Both the position numbers and the translations under genes were made by a program. From NCBI GenBank assembly GCA_965112735.1, contig OZ218958.1, positions 1,054,001-1,118,000 on the forward strand: a stretch of DNA of 64,000 nucleotides. The letters run 5' to 3'. Origin of the DNA: Phaeosaccion multiseriatum. Its lineage: Eukaryota > Protista > Ochrophyta, other classes. Below the pieces are notes generated by a model that was not told the DNA's origin, did no database searches, and worked only from the letters and a program-made list of their open reading frames with translations. Below, piece after piece: positions 37,172 to 50,762 of the stretch. The first letter of the stretch is position 1, and every line of letters begins with the position of its first letter.

Positions 37172-39976
37172 AGGTGGCCTTGACGGTTCTGCTGTCGGAC
37201 GCCTCAACCAAAGCCCGTGAGCAGGCCCGCAGCGCCTTTCCCATGTTTGCTGAGTTATGGCCTAGGAGGGCCGCGAAGGTCATGAGCTCCGTTGATGGGC
37301 GTACGGCCAAGCTCCTCGATGCTGCTCTGCTGCTCGCCTCCAGCGGTGAAGTCAGTGAAGGTGGTAAGGAAGGTTTCAGTGGGCACGGGGCCGGGCGGCG
37401 GCTCTCCCACGAGGACGCGAGGAGAGGAGGAACAGGAGGAGGAGGGGCAAAGGGGCGATTGGTGCGGAGTCGGAGCGGGTCGCTACGGACAGGTGTTGGG
37501 GGGGTAGGGGTAGGAGGAGGAGGAGGAGGAGGAGGAGGAGGAGGAGGAGGAGGTGGAGGAGAGGGCGCGGACAGGCTTCCGCTGCATCACACCAGGAGGA
37601 GCAGCTCGGCATCTTCTTTGCACGCTTTTGCACAGGCGCAGGCTCAGGCCCACGCTAATGGGATGGCAACGAATGGTAGTGATGGTGTTGGTGTTGGGGG
37701 TGGTGGTGGTGGTGAGGAGTACGCCGACGAGAGAGTGGCCATACAGGAGGGTGATCGCGTCCGCGTGAGGGGCGGCGTGGCTGGGGTAGTGTCCTACGTG
37801 GGGGAGACGCAATTCGCAACAGGCATATGGGTGGGGATTACCCTACCCGTACCGGAGGGGAAGAACGATGGGGCGGTGAATGGCATCTCCTACTTTGAGT
37901 GTCAGCCCGACCACGGTGTCTTTGTACGTCCACATATGGTGGATCTGGTGGAGGTAGGGGGTGGGGGGGAGGGGGGGGCTTTTCCTCCATCGCCTCCTCC
38001 CTTGGACGGCGATGGGGAGGAAGAGGATGTATTTACGACAGGGGAGCGTGGCAGCAGCGAGGGGGGTGAGGAGGGGGAGCAGGAGGAGCAGGAGGAGGAG
38101 GAGGTGGAGGGGGGGGGTGGGGAGGGTGAGGAAGAGGGGGAGGAGGAAGAGGAGGAGGAAGAATCTGTCTTGTTACTTAGTGAACAAGCGATTTCTCTCT
38201 CCTTATCCGAGGACGCCGCTGCCCGAGGGGGGGCGTCTTTAGGTAGTGACTTTGAGTTGGAGGCATCGGCAGCAGCAGCAGCGGCGACAGCAGAGGAGAA
38301 GGCTGCTCAAGAGGCAGAAGAAGAAGCGGCGCGGGAAGCGGAAGAAGCAGTGGAAGTGGCTGCGGCTAAGGTCCTCGCAGCGCGGAGAGCCAAGGAGTCG
38401 AGGGCGAGAGAAAAGGCCTTGAAAGTCACTGCACTCAGGAAGAAGGCGGCGCTGGAGGCTTTAAAGTGAGTGAGTGAGTGAGTGGGTGAGTGGGTGAGTG
38501 AGTGGGTGAGTGGGTGAGTGAGTGAGTGAGTGAGTGAGTGGGTGAGTGGGTGAGTGAGTGAGTGAGTGAGTGAGTGAGTGAGTGAGTGGGTGAGTGGGTG
38601 AGTGAGTGAGTGAGTGAGTGAGTGAGTGGGTGAGTGAGTGAGTGGGTGGGTGAGTGAGTGGGTGAGTGGGTGAGTGAGTGAGTGAGTGAGTGAGTGAGTG
38701 AGTGGGTGGGTGAGTGGGTGAGTGAGTGAGTGAGTGAGTGAGTGAGTGAGTGAGTGAGGGAGTGAGTGAATGAGTGAGTGCGTGAGCGAGAGTGAGTGAA
38801 TGAGTGAGTGAGTGAGTGAGTGAGTGAGTGAGAGTGAGTGCGTGAGCGGGAGTGAATGAGTGAATGAGTGAGTGCGTGAGTGAGTGAGTAACTTTCACTA
38901 ACCCCACCCCCCTCCCAGGCCATCACTCGATTCTTCTTAGTGCACACTACTAAAATCACCCACACATGCTCCCACTTCCCCCCCCCTCCTCCTTCTCCTC
39001 CTCCTCCTCCTCCCCCTCTGTCCCTCTTCCCTCCTCCCCCTCTCTCCCTCTCCCCTTCTCCTCCTCCTCCTCCTCCTCCTCCTCCTCCTCCTCCTCCTCC
39101 TCCTCCTCCCCCTCTCCCCCTCTCCCCTCCTCGTCCTCGTCCTCCTCCTCCTCCCCCTCTCTCCCTCTCCCCTCCTCCCTCTCTCTCCCTCTCCCCTCTT
39201 CCTCCTCCTCCTCCACCTCCTCCCCCTCTCTCCCTCTTCCTCCTCCTCCTCCTCCTCCTCCTCCTCCTCCTCCTCCTCCTCCTCCTCCTCCTCCTCTCTC
39301 CCTCTCCCCTTCTCCAGGCTGCACAAGGGCTACGTGAACGACATGATGGACTCAATGCAGAAGGAGCTTGACGCCCTGCCCCACTTTGAGGAGAGACTCA
39401 GAGATAAGGACACCCCCACCCCGGGGCAGGTACGTGCGGTCATCAAGAGGGAGGGAGGGAGGGAAGGAGGGAAGGAGGGAAGGAAGGAGGGTGTGAAGGA
39501 GGGAGGGAGGGAAGGAAGGAGGGAAGGAAGGAAGAAGGGTGTGAAGGAGGGAGGGAGGGAGGGAGGGAGGGAGGGAAGGAAGGAGGGAGGGGGGGAGGGA
39601 GGGAAGGAAGGAGGGACGGAGGGAGGGATGGAAGGAGGGAGGGAAGAGAGGGAAGTGAGCCTGGGGCGGTGGTTGGGTACCAAGCGTTTCGCCACTGCTG
39701 CGAAGCAGAAAGCTCTCAACTTCTCTGCCACTTCAGCTGGGGGGGGGGAGGTTTGGAGAATATGCTAATCCGGCCCCATCTCTCCCTCCCTCCCTTTCCC
39801 TTCCCCCCTCCCTCTCCCTCCCTCCCTCCCTCCCTCCCTCCCCCCAGCTGGGCCAGTACGTTGAGATGATGGTAACGGTTGCGGACCTCCGTGCAGAGCT
39901 CACAGACAAGTTTCTCGGCAAGGTGGGGGAGCTTGAAGATAAGTTCCCCGGGGTGTGGACGCCACCCACGGGATAA
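35427..39976 (+). CDS. CLASP-N/TOG (HEAT) domain + CAP-Gly domain + C-terminal coiled coil; microtubule-associated protein, 7 exons
   Basis: EEWERRCDAV, LEDLRSSLVRESC and LSDASTKAREQARSAF...WPRRA (CLASP_N). GDRVRV...YVGETQFATGIWVGITLPVPEGKNDGAVNGISYFECQPDHGVFVRP is a CAP-Gly domain with GKNDG. Last exons 39318-39429 and 39848-39976 are in frame. Confidence 0.88.
38466..38890 (+). repeat. (GTGA/GTGG)n tract starting exactly at an intron donor
   Basis: AA|GTGAGTGAGTGAGT... Confidence 0.95.
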
Positions 39977-41153
39977 GACGCACGCACGCACGCACCCACC
40001 GGGACGCGCACGCACGCACGCAGAATAAGACAGAAATCCTTACACAGAACAGGCCTACTGTACCTCTCCTCTGAGTTGATCCATTAGATCAGTGTTTTAT
40101 GGAAGGAGGAGAGACCGTACAGTACATGTATAAAGCGCCAGTGGTGGTGAGGGATGAAGTGATGGTGATGGAGAGGGACTCTCAGAGACAAGCAGTGGCT
40201 CGAAGATCGAAAGAGAGGGGGTCCCGCCCTCCCTCTTTGAATCGAAGTGAACAAAGAGAGGGGGCCCCGCCCGCCCTCTTTGAAATCAAAGTCTTAACTA
40301 AAATGAGCAATTTGAGTTGTTACCGTGACTCCTCCCCTTGTGGGTTGGTGGGGCCGGAGGAGTGCTTGAGGCCGCAGTGTATGGTACAGTGAGACTGATG
40401 CCTGTTGCACAAGACGGCGAAAAGGGCCCCCATCACTACGCCTCCTCCTCTTGTTTCCTTGCCGGGCACTGTCAAGAGTCTCTACATAGCGTCGGTTCGC
40501 TCTCTGCCCTTCGGGTGCTGGTGGGGCTCAAGTCCATGAAACTGAAACTGAAGCTGGGAATTTCGCCCGCAAGAAGCTGAACCTGGACGCCCTCGTAGGC
40601 TCGTTCCGCTGTCTGCGCTACCCCGCTGCTATTATCCATTAACTTATATATTACTGCCCCCCCCCCCCCCTCCCCTTTCCTCTCTTTCTCACGTGGAGCC
40701 TTCTATTGCTGCTTTCCCCTCTCTTACCAAGCCATGCCAAGCCAAGCCATGTCGTCGCCCGCTCGGTTCCCACGCAGGAGGAAAACCTCTCGCAGAAAAC
40801 TCAACAGAAGCGAGCTAAAAAAAACAGGAGAGGGGGCCTCCCTCCTCATCATCCTCCTCCTCCTCCTCCTCCGTGCAGCAGCTCAGGTGATGCCCAGCCG
40901 TGGTGACGAAACCGAGCCACACACCCGTTTACCCAACTAACGTTCTCTCACAAACCCGCAAAAGAGAAACTTCCGCGGTCTTCCAGGCCGTCCTCCCCTC
41001 CCCTCCCCTCCACTCATCCCTCTCCCCTTCCTTCCGCCCGCCTGCCCGTACACCCCCGGCCTTGTTACTTCTCCCCTTCTCCCCTCGATTCGCATATCCC
41101 TCGTATGTACAGCCCCAAGCGGTTCCGTAGTGATGGTGGGGAGTGGTGGTGGT

Positions 41154-41201
<48 letters not shown>

Positions 41202-41631
41202 TGTCAGTCCCTTGAGAGGTGGAGCCAAGTAGCACAAAAGAGCAGAGCACAACCTTCCAACCACTTTGGAGCAGTGCCGCCAAGTCCCTTCCCTTGAGCA
41301 GTCGGGTAGCCACTCTTTGAGTAGTGCACTACCCTTGGGGTCTACCCTTGATGCATGCATGATGCTTCTCTTCCCTCTTCCCTCTTCCCTCGTCCCTTGC
41401 ATGTTTCAGTCGCCCCTCACAACCGCCACCACCAGGAAGCACACACGCCACACCCCAACTCCCTCCGACCCTTGGCCAATGGCAGACAAAAGGATCCCCC
41501 TGTCCCACTTTACACCTCCTCCTTCCTTCCCTCCCTCCCTCCCTCCCTCCATCCCTCCGTTCCTTCCTCCCTCTCTCCCTCCCTCGCTTGCTCGCTCCCA
41601 TCCTCCCTCCCTTCCTTGTCGCCTTTGAGAT

Positions 41632-43421
41632 TTATATCCCATTGCTGGAGGACGACATGGCCATCCCCGCCCCCATGCCGGCCTCTCCTCCCTGGCCGGT
41701 CATGAGGGACTGTCTGTGGGGATTGTCGACATCATCCAGAGGCATGTATTCTGCAAGAATACCGCGGACCTGACGAGAGTGAGAGCAGTGAGGGAAGGGA
41801 GGGAGGGAGGGAGGGAGGGAGGGAGGGAGTGGGTGGGTGGGTGGGTGAGTGAGGGAGTGGGTGGGATAGTGAGTGAGTGTATGTTGGACAGAGAATAGAG
41901 GGAGGAGGATGCGGAGGGAGTAGAGACAACATGAGGGAGAAATCGTTGGGTCAGGGGCATGTGCGTGTGTGTGTATGTGTGTGTGTGTGAGCAAAAGCAT
42001 GCAACAACCCCCCACCAACCCCACCCACTGACATACTACACCCACCCAGCCACCATTGACTTATGCCCCCACCCCACCCACCTGGTCCCTCATGTGGTTT
42101 TGGGTATGTCTGTAGTACGCAAAGCCCGCCGCGGTCATGGCTAGCACAATGCCAAAGGCCACGGTCAGAGTTCCGCTGGCGCTGAGTCCTGAGGCCCCAC
42201 CCATCCCTCCACCCGTCCAAGAGGCAATGGAGTTATCTTCAAGGCAGCCGAGTAGCAAGGGTGTGGTAGGGGAGGAAGTGCAGGCACAGACTCCAGGGAT
42301 CGAGTTGGCTTCGTAGCCAGCGCAGATGGTGGTGAGGACGGTTTTAAGAGTGATGCCACCACGTTCGACCACGTTGTTGACGTATACGGTGGGAGTGACC
42401 ACGATTGACTTGGTGGACTGATGAGGAGAGGGAGGGGTGGGGGGGGGGGAGAGAGAGAGGGAGGGAAGGGAAGGGAGGGGAGGGAGGGGAGGGGAGGGAG
42501 GGAGAGGGGAGATGAGAGAAACTATTTCGTTTCGTGATGGAGGGGAGACATACACACAGGCCTGAAGGATAAGAGGGAGGCAGGGAGGGAGGGAAGATGA
42601 CTGAAACTACACAGGGGTGGAGGAGGGTCCGGTCCATCGAAGCAAGCATCGAAAGGTCTCGAGGAGGGATGGCACACGTGGTGTGATGCGCTTAGCTAGC
42701 GAGGCGTTTCACTTGTCAGTTTCTTATGTGACCTTTTCAGTATGTATATATTGAAAAAAATCGGGTCCAGAAGATTGGGTTAAGGTCAGCGAAACCAAAA
42801 CTGCGACCAGCGAGACTGAAACTGACCTTGGCATGCAGCTCAGCCTGCAGGATGGTGTTATCACTGTCCGCTGTGGTGCCTCCAGAGTCCTTCATGCACC
42901 TGCGAGGGGGGAGGGAGGGAGGGAGGAAGGGAGGAAGGGAGGAAGGGAGGGAGGGAGGAAGGGAGGGAGAGAGAGGGGGGGTGGGCGGGGGAGAGGGAGA
43001 GGAGCGAGGGAGACAAGGAGAGGGGGAGGGAGGGAGAGGGGGAGAAGGAGAGAGGGGAAGAAGGAGAGGGGGGAAAGGAGAAGGGGAGGGAAGGAGAGGG
43101 GGGAAAGGAGAGAGGAGCGGTCGCATATGAGTGAGGTCGGGGCGGCTTCGCTTGTCGAGAAGAGCGCGCAGCCTTCTCTTCGCTCCCACAAGGCAATTTT
43201 CACAACTTCACATCTTCCCGACAAGGGTTCTGTCACCAGCTCCACTGCACATACGACGCACACTTACAGAGAGAGAGAGAGAGAGAGAGGGAGGCAGAGA
43301 CGGAGGGAGAAAGAGGGAGAAAAGAGAGGAGAGAGAGAGACGCCACGTCCATACACTTACTCGTTGACTCTGCCTTCATCCACGCCGACCTTCTTCATCA
43401 CGCCGCTGATACACGCCTATT

Positions 43422-43466
<45 letters not shown>

Positions 43467-44302
43467 CATATATATGGGGAGAGTAAGAGCACAAGGGAGG
43501 ACAGAGCAGACAAAAGTGGGAGCGTGGGAGGCCACGGTGAGAGGAGGGAGAGAGGGAGAGAAGTGAGAGAGAGAGAAGGGGGGGGGGAGGGGAGAGAGGG
43601 GAGAGAGGGAAATAACAGTCACCTGGGATTGGTTCTCCAAAACCAAATCCCACCCCACCCCACCCCACCACCACTATTAAGTCAATAAACACCCCACCGC
43701 GGCACCATTCCCTCTGCTCTCTTCTCGTCTCCTCTCCTCTCTCATCCTCTTCCACACACACACACACACACACACACGATTACGTAATTCTAAGGTTGGT
43801 TCTCATAAGCCCATCCATTTTCTCCTCTTCCTCCATCCATCCACCCACGCACCGCGTCGCTGAAGCGCGTAGAGCCGCAGTTGGTGTTGAACAGGTCAGC
43901 GTAATTCCACCACGCCTCTCCAATGCCCCGCTGCTTCTCCGGTGCCTCGGGCCCTCCGTAGAGGTTCCAGATGCACTTTTGCCTCAGAGACTCCGTCACC
44001 AGCTCCGCCCCGGCCAGGCCGGATTCCGGGTCGGCATCAGGGTCTACCATGCAGTACCTGGTGTCAGGAGTGTGGGGGGTGGAGGGTGAGGGGAGGTTAG
44101 AGGTGTGGCAGTAGGTGGAGGAGTGTGGGTAGGCGGGTAGGTGTGCAAGGAGTGGATGTTATCAAGCTGTCCCTCTCTCTCTCTTCGCTGTCAATCTCTC
44201 CCCCTTCGCTGTCCCTCTCTCTCTCTCTCTCTCTCTTCTGTCCCCTCTCTCTCTTCTCTGTCCCTCTCTCTCTCCCTCTCTTCTCCGTTCCTCTCTCTGT
44301 CC

Positions 44303-44333
<31 letters not shown>

Positions 44334-45394
44334 GTCCCTCTCTCTCTCTCTCTCGACCGCCCGTTCGCCTCACCTGCCGCCGTTGGTGCAGAGGTTTCCG
44401 CACTTGTGATCGGGGGAGCTGCAGCCGAACTGCGCGCCATCGATAATGGCGAAGGACGGTTCGAACAGCTGCTGCTTGCCCAGAGCCTTTACCGCCTGTG
44501 TGACGGGAGGCGGGGCAGGGGAGATACAGGCAAGAGAGGGATGGGGACAGCGAGAGAGAGAGTGAGCGCGCACCATGTTTCAGTTTCGGTGTTGGGTCCT
44601 TTTCAGAGTTGCCTCCTCCTCCTCCTTCTCCTCCTCCGCCTCCTCCTCCTCCTCCTCTTCCTGTTTCACCCAAATCGCCAACTAACTTTTCCAAAGTCCC
44701 TCTTGAAGGCCACGGCAGTGGGGTCCCAGGGGCTTGTCCACAGCGACCACTCCACTCGATTGTCGGGTGCAGGCATGGCCCACGCCATCTCCAGAATCAC
44801 CATCTCCGATGCCTAAATCAGGGGGGGGAAGGGAGGGAGGAAGGAAGGAGGGGAGGGAGGGAGGAAAGGTAGGAGAGGGAGGCGTCAAACCAGCGATCGA
44901 AGGCAGTAAATAGGACGGCATGTGGGCAGTGCGGAAAGCAAGAAGAGAGGAGATGAAAGGAGAGGATAGGATAGCTTCGCCCAGGGCCGCTCCATCGCTC
45001 ACGCATTCGATAGGCACCCACGCGCACGCACAACCCCCCCCCCCCCAACACACACACACCCACGCGCAAGCGCTCACCATGAACTGCTGCACGACCCTCT
45101 CCACATCGGGCTTCTTCATGAGGAAGGACGGGATGGTAATGTCGGCACCGCTTCCGTCATCGCCCATGATGGGCTCCACCGCCTCGCACTCGGCAGCAAC
45201 GCAAGTGCCCTGGGCGGCCTCACTGGAGAGGGGAGGGAGGGGAGAGGGGAGAGGGGAGGGAGGGAGGGGAGAGGGGAGTGGGGAGGGAGAGAGGGGAGAG
45301 GGAAGAGGGGAGTGCAAGGCCCAAGGAGAAGAAAAGACAGGAGGGACGAGTGAGTGATACACACGAGTGAATACCGCCCTCCTCCAACACTTGG

Positions 45395-45425
<31 letters not shown>

Positions 45426-47585
45426 CAGTGTGTAAGGAGGAGTGATTCAAACCCCTCCCCTAAACTAAAACTCTCCTCACCTCCTCTCTTTCTCCCCTCA
45501 GTCCTCGCTCCCTCCTTCCCTCCCTCTCTCCCTCCCTCTTTCTCTCCTCCCTGCCTCTTCCTCTCCTCCCTCCCTCCCTCCCTCCTTCCCTCCCTCTCTC
45601 CCTCCCTCTTTCTCTCCTCCCTGCCTCTTCCTCTCCTCCCTCCCTCCCTCCCTCCCTCCCTCCTCACCTGCATAGGCACTTGTTGTCCGCGATGATAACT
45701 CCGCTGGCGCCCATGTGCTGTGCACGACGCACCTTTGAGAGCGGAGAGAAGGAGAGAAGGGGGGGAGGAAGGAAGGGAGGGAGGGAGAGAAGGGAAGGGC
45801 AGGGTGGAAGGAACATGTCGGAGAGGTCACGGGGGGAGGGGTGGAATGGGGAACGTAACCGTCCGTGGGGTGGGTGGGATGTAACGGTCAATTGGATTTA
45901 GGAGCTACAGCACCTTGAATCTCATCCTCAACGCAAAACTCAAACTGTCTTCTCTGGTTCGGTGTACTTTTCGTACCACTGAGCCTGAAATACTCGTAAA
46001 TGTAACCGTTTATGCCTGTGTGACGGCATGTAACCGTACCTTGGACACGAAGGTGCAGTCTCCCCTATCCACCATCAAGATAAAGGGAGACTCCTTGTTG
46101 GGGTTGACGAAGGACGAAGCGCTGTGGGTGGATGGCAGTCGATGGGTTGGTACGCACAGGGCGACGGGGAGAAGGGAGAGGAAGAGGGAGAGTGTAACCG
46201 TCAAAAGGTAGGGATAAAAGTACATTCGACTCGACGCACCGAGACAATGTACACACACGCACCGTTCACGTTAAACCCATTCTTCACCGGCACACCCCCT
46301 TCCATCACTGCCCCCCCCCCCCCCCAAGCCTTACCCCCAATACCCCTCCTCCCTCCCTCCCTCCCTCCCTCCCTCCCTCCCTCCCTCCCTCTCTCCCTTC
46401 TCCCTCCCTTTCACCACCCTCCCCCCCCCCACATTCATACGTATCCTTACCTGGCGTCATCGCAGAGTGTCCACTCACCCCTGGTAATCCCGTCATCCGT
46501 CTGCACCACCCCGGGGTAGTACAGCTGCTCTGCAATGCTTCCACCGTACAGAGGGATGCCGAACAGGGCCTCCTGGTGCGGGTAACCGCCACTGCGGAAC
46601 AAGCCCTTGGGTATTTGTATCTGCAAGCGGGAGCTTCCGTCCTGTAGGGAGGGCGGGACAGAGAGGAGGGAGTGGAAGGAGAGAGGAGGAGCGCAAAGAG
46701 CTTGAGGCTTTAGCTTGGTATAGTCTTAGCACACGAGTATGTAAGGAGTAGACCGATACCGCTCCTATAGCTACAGCTTTATCACTCTCCTCTCCCGTTT
46801 ATACAAAGTCGTGTTGCGTAGAGAAGGAGTAGGGGGTGTTTCGGGGGTGAAAATTGGCGGAGTTGAGACAAAAGTTGGGAGGAGGGAAAAGGGGTGGTGG
46901 GTCAGAGTATGGAAAGGTAGACAGAGAGTGAGAGCGAGGGGCGGGGGGGGGGGTGGCCGGTGGCCAGGGTGTGGGAGGACAGACAGGGGGTGAGGGCGAG
47001 GGGAAGAGGGTGCGGGCCGGAGTGTGGGAAGGGTTGACAAGGGTGAGAGCGAGGGGAAGAGGGGTGGGCCGGAGTGTAGGAAGATAGTGAGGGGGGGGGG
47101 GTAGCACTGCTCATTATGGCGAGGTGGTGTGAGGAGAGAAAGGTGGTCGGGGGAATACGGAGGCGGTGGTCATGAGATGACGGGAAGGACTCGGGGGTAA
47201 GGAGCAGTGAGTGGATGCGTCGTCCCTCCCTGTCTCTCTCTCTCTAGTTGCGTTTGTGCATCGCTCCTCTCCCCCGAAAGGGACGGATCCTTCTTTGCTG
47301 CCAGCTGGCGGAGGAACGATCCCTCCGCAGAACGTGCGCGAACACGGACGGCGCTTTGCCAACATCCCCCCCCAGCGTTGCTGCTGCAGTGACGCTTTCT
47401 AAGCTCCTGCTGCTGTTTCAAACCCTCCCCCCTCTGTTTATTCTTCTCCTTTATCTCCGTCCCTCTCAAGTCTCAACTTGTCTCACCTGCGAGTCCCCCG
47501 CGGCGCCTGACGCCAAACTACAACAGCAACCCAACCCCAACGCCACCACCACCCAGGGCCTCAGCCCGTTCGACAACATGTTCAT
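41632..47585 (-). CDS. VSR: Vacuolar sorting receptor (BP-80/VSR-like; signal peptide, PA domain, TM helix, YMPL tail), about 12 exons
   Basis: Signal peptide WVVVALGLGCCCSLASG. ALFGIPLYGG, FILMVDRGDCTFVSK|VRRAQHMGASGVIIAD, PAPDNRVEWSLWT, CTNGGR|YCMVDPD, ESLRQKCIW, NTILQAE, VLTTICAGY, then a TM helix and VRGILAEYMPLD. Confidence 0.93.
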
Positions 47586-48894
47586 CACACGAACTGCTGC
47601 TGCTGCTGGCACGCCCTGCAGCCCAGAAAGACTAATTGATCTTCTCTTTCTCGGGGGGAGACCCAGGCAGTTCAGGGGGGGGGGGGACACCCAGGGAAGA
47701 AAGGAAGGAAGGGGATGAGGAGTTGGCGGCCAAGCACAAGGGAAGAGGTCAAGGAAGAGGGATGAATTTCAAAGAGAGACAAAGCCTTGGACTAAGGAAG
47801 CCCCTCTTAAGTCTTGAGCGGATTCGGCACGGGTGGTCAAAGCTGAAACTGAAACTAAAGGCCATGTGGCATGGATGCAAGTCTCGTAACGGAACCCCTC
47901 TCCCCGTCTTCCTTCTTTGTCTTCCTCCTTCTCTCCCCTTGTAACCTTACGCTCTTATGTTTCGCTTTCTTTGTCTCTCTTCCTCCCCCCTCCCCCCTCC
48001 CTCCCTCCCTCCCTCACTCCCTCAACTCCCCTCCTACTACTCGTTGGCGAGCTTCTAGGCATCAAGCACCAACCCATCCACTGCCATCCCATTCCCATCC
48101 CATCCACTGCCATCCAGCTCCAGATAGCTATAGTACCACGCCAACAAGTCACGCATGAGCCCACGCCAGCCACTACAACCCCATGTGCTTGTTCCACAGA
48201 GCTCAGACTCGGGGGGGGAGTGGGGCCGAGGGAGACCGTGCTCATTCATGACGAGTACAGACCACCTACCTGCCTGGACTGGCTGGGGGGCTAGCCTACT
48301 TTGCTTCACTGGTCTGTCTGTGCGCAGTAGCTAGACGTAAGTAAGATAAGCAAAGAAGCAACAAGTCGGCGACTTCGGGCTCTGCCTCTCCTTGACTTAG
48401 TCGGCTTAGTATATGGCACGCTAGTTAGTAACCGACGGAAGTAGGCAGTGGCTATGTGGATAGATGGACAGATAGAGAGACAAGGGAGAGAAGGGAGAAA
48501 AAAAGGAGATTGACAGGTAGGTAGATTGGTAGGTAGATGGGTAGCTCCTCACGGGCCGACCGCTAGCTAGTCCACCTGTGCCTCCCCCACGCTCACTCCC
48601 ACGCGCCGCCCACATACCTAGCTACCCACTAGCTATATCCTAGGGCCTCTCTCGCGGCTCTCGGATGCCTCTCTCTCTCTTTCTTACTACCTACACTCAA
48701 CTTCACCAGTTTACCACTCAACCCCCTGCCTCGCCGCTCCTCCTCCTCCTCCTCCTCCTCCTCCTCCTCCTCCTCCTCCTCCTCCTCCTCCTCCTCCTAT
48801 GCTATATACTCAAAAGCCCCTGCCTCCCGCGCCTCCTCCGGCCCCTCCTCAGCCTTTGCCTCTTAGTCTAGCTAGCTAGCTAGCTACGCCTTAG

Positions 48895-49667
48895 CTAGGT
48901 GACTACAACGCTTTGATACGTGGGTACGAGGTACTTGAGATTGATGAAACTGTCCTCCCCTCCGTTAATCTCGAAGGCCTCCAGGGTTTCCGTGATGAGC
49001 TCCCCGAGGTTTTCCCTTCGCTGCTGGCCGTAGTCGATGCCGTCTCCCAGGTTATCTGAGAGTTCCATGTGGAGGAGGGCGTGAGGGTCAGAGTGAGAGA
49101 GGGGTAGGGTAGGGCGATCGAGAGCAAGGCGGTCGATCGATCGGTTGGTTGGTTCGAACGGTCGGTTTTCAGTTCTTCAGTTTTCAGTTCATTTGACGAA
49201 CACCAAAAACGGACTCGAGTCTTTATGCTTACTCCAATGGGTCGGTCGGTCGGTCGGTCGGTCCGTCAAATATGTCAGTAAGTTAGTATTATAATATCCC
49301 TAACAGGGCAGTATGTCCGTCAGTCAAATGCGATGTATTGCGCGTCCATCCCCGCACTCCATCATCCCACAGACTCACACGGCATCCTTCCCTTTCTGTA
49401 ACGTCCTTTTGTAACGCACCATTTTTCCGAATGAAGATGTTGAGCACGGGAAGTATCTGCCTGTAGTACGGCACGAGTGCCTGTCCGATGAGTCCCTGCC
49501 CGTCCATGCCTTGATCACACGCCACCAGAGCTTGCAGAACCTTAAGTACCTTCACAATCACGGCCTTGGGGGGTGGTGCGTGCGTGCGTGCGTGGGTGGG
49601 TGGGTGGTGGGTGAGCTGGTTGGTTGGTTGGGTAGTTAGTTGGTTGGTTGGCTGCTTGCTTGCTTGT

Positions 49668-49706
<39 letters not shown>

Positions 49707-50711
49707 GCAAAAGGTGCTACCATCACGTATGGTATGACGTTTTCTCACACACACCCACTGAGGGAGTGCCCTTCCCATGTTCCTTCTTTATTATTCTTCT
49801 CTCGCTCCCTCTCTCTGGCTCTCGCCCTCTCCCTCTCTCTCCCTCTCTCCCTCCCCTCTCGCCCCTCTCCCCCCTCTCTGTATATGTATCTCTCTCTCCT
49901 TTTCTCCCTCTCCCTCTCTCCCTCTCTTTATCTCCCTCTCTCCCTCTCTTTGTCTCTGGGTGCTTCTCACCTTATCTCGTGTGTTGAGCGCAGTCTTGAT
50001 GGGAATGATGAGCTGGGGAATGACGGGGAGCACCTTGTTGGAGCCTGACACCGGGCGGGAGAGGAAGAGGCATATGGGCAGTGGGGGAGGAGGGAGGGGC
50101 CGGGGGTAGTTTCAGTTTCAATAGTTTGCGTGCGGGTATGTGTGTGTGATTGTGTGTGTTTGTGCGAATGTGTCCTGTGTGTGTGCGAGTGTGCGTGTGT
50201 GTGTGTGTGTGTACGTGTGCGTATGTGTGTGTGTGTGCGTGAGTGTGCGTGTGTGTGCGTGTGCATCATGTATGAATGCAGAGGAGTCGCCCCACCCCCC
50301 CTCCCTCTCTCCTGTGCACCGCACCCACCCGTGGAGAGCATGTCGTAGACGCCCTGCTCCGCGAGGAAGGAATACGGCATCTCCATCTCCCGCAGGCCGT
50401 CGAAGAAGATGGGCAAGTAGTGGTGGAAGTCCAGCTTTTGAATGTCCACCTGTTGGAAACAAGTTGGATGCATGTATGATTAATCTGTAATAACACCAAG
50501 GTGTAAAGGACCAACAAGGGAGTGGTATGGAACCCAGTAGTCGAAGCAACCAAAGAACCGAAAAAGTCAATCAACAGAATCAGAGAGAGAGGGAAACTGA
50601 AGTCGAGAGGTGAAAGAAAGAGCAGACAAGAGGCACATACACGTACATACACGCAAACACACAGAGACACAAACGCGCACGCCCACACACGCACGCCCCC
50701 ACCCACCCACC

Positions 50712-50762
<51 letters not shown>

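Noticed and set aside
40000-41600. Gene between the CLASP-like gene and VSR
   Set aside because: Only short ORFs without motifs or consistent splice structure; probably convergent 3' UTR or intergenic DNA.
43877-43886. GCAGTTGGTG partial match to the dispersed word
   Set aside because: Only 10 nt, no ATAC, and it lies in conserved VSR coding sequence (FNTNCG); likely chance.
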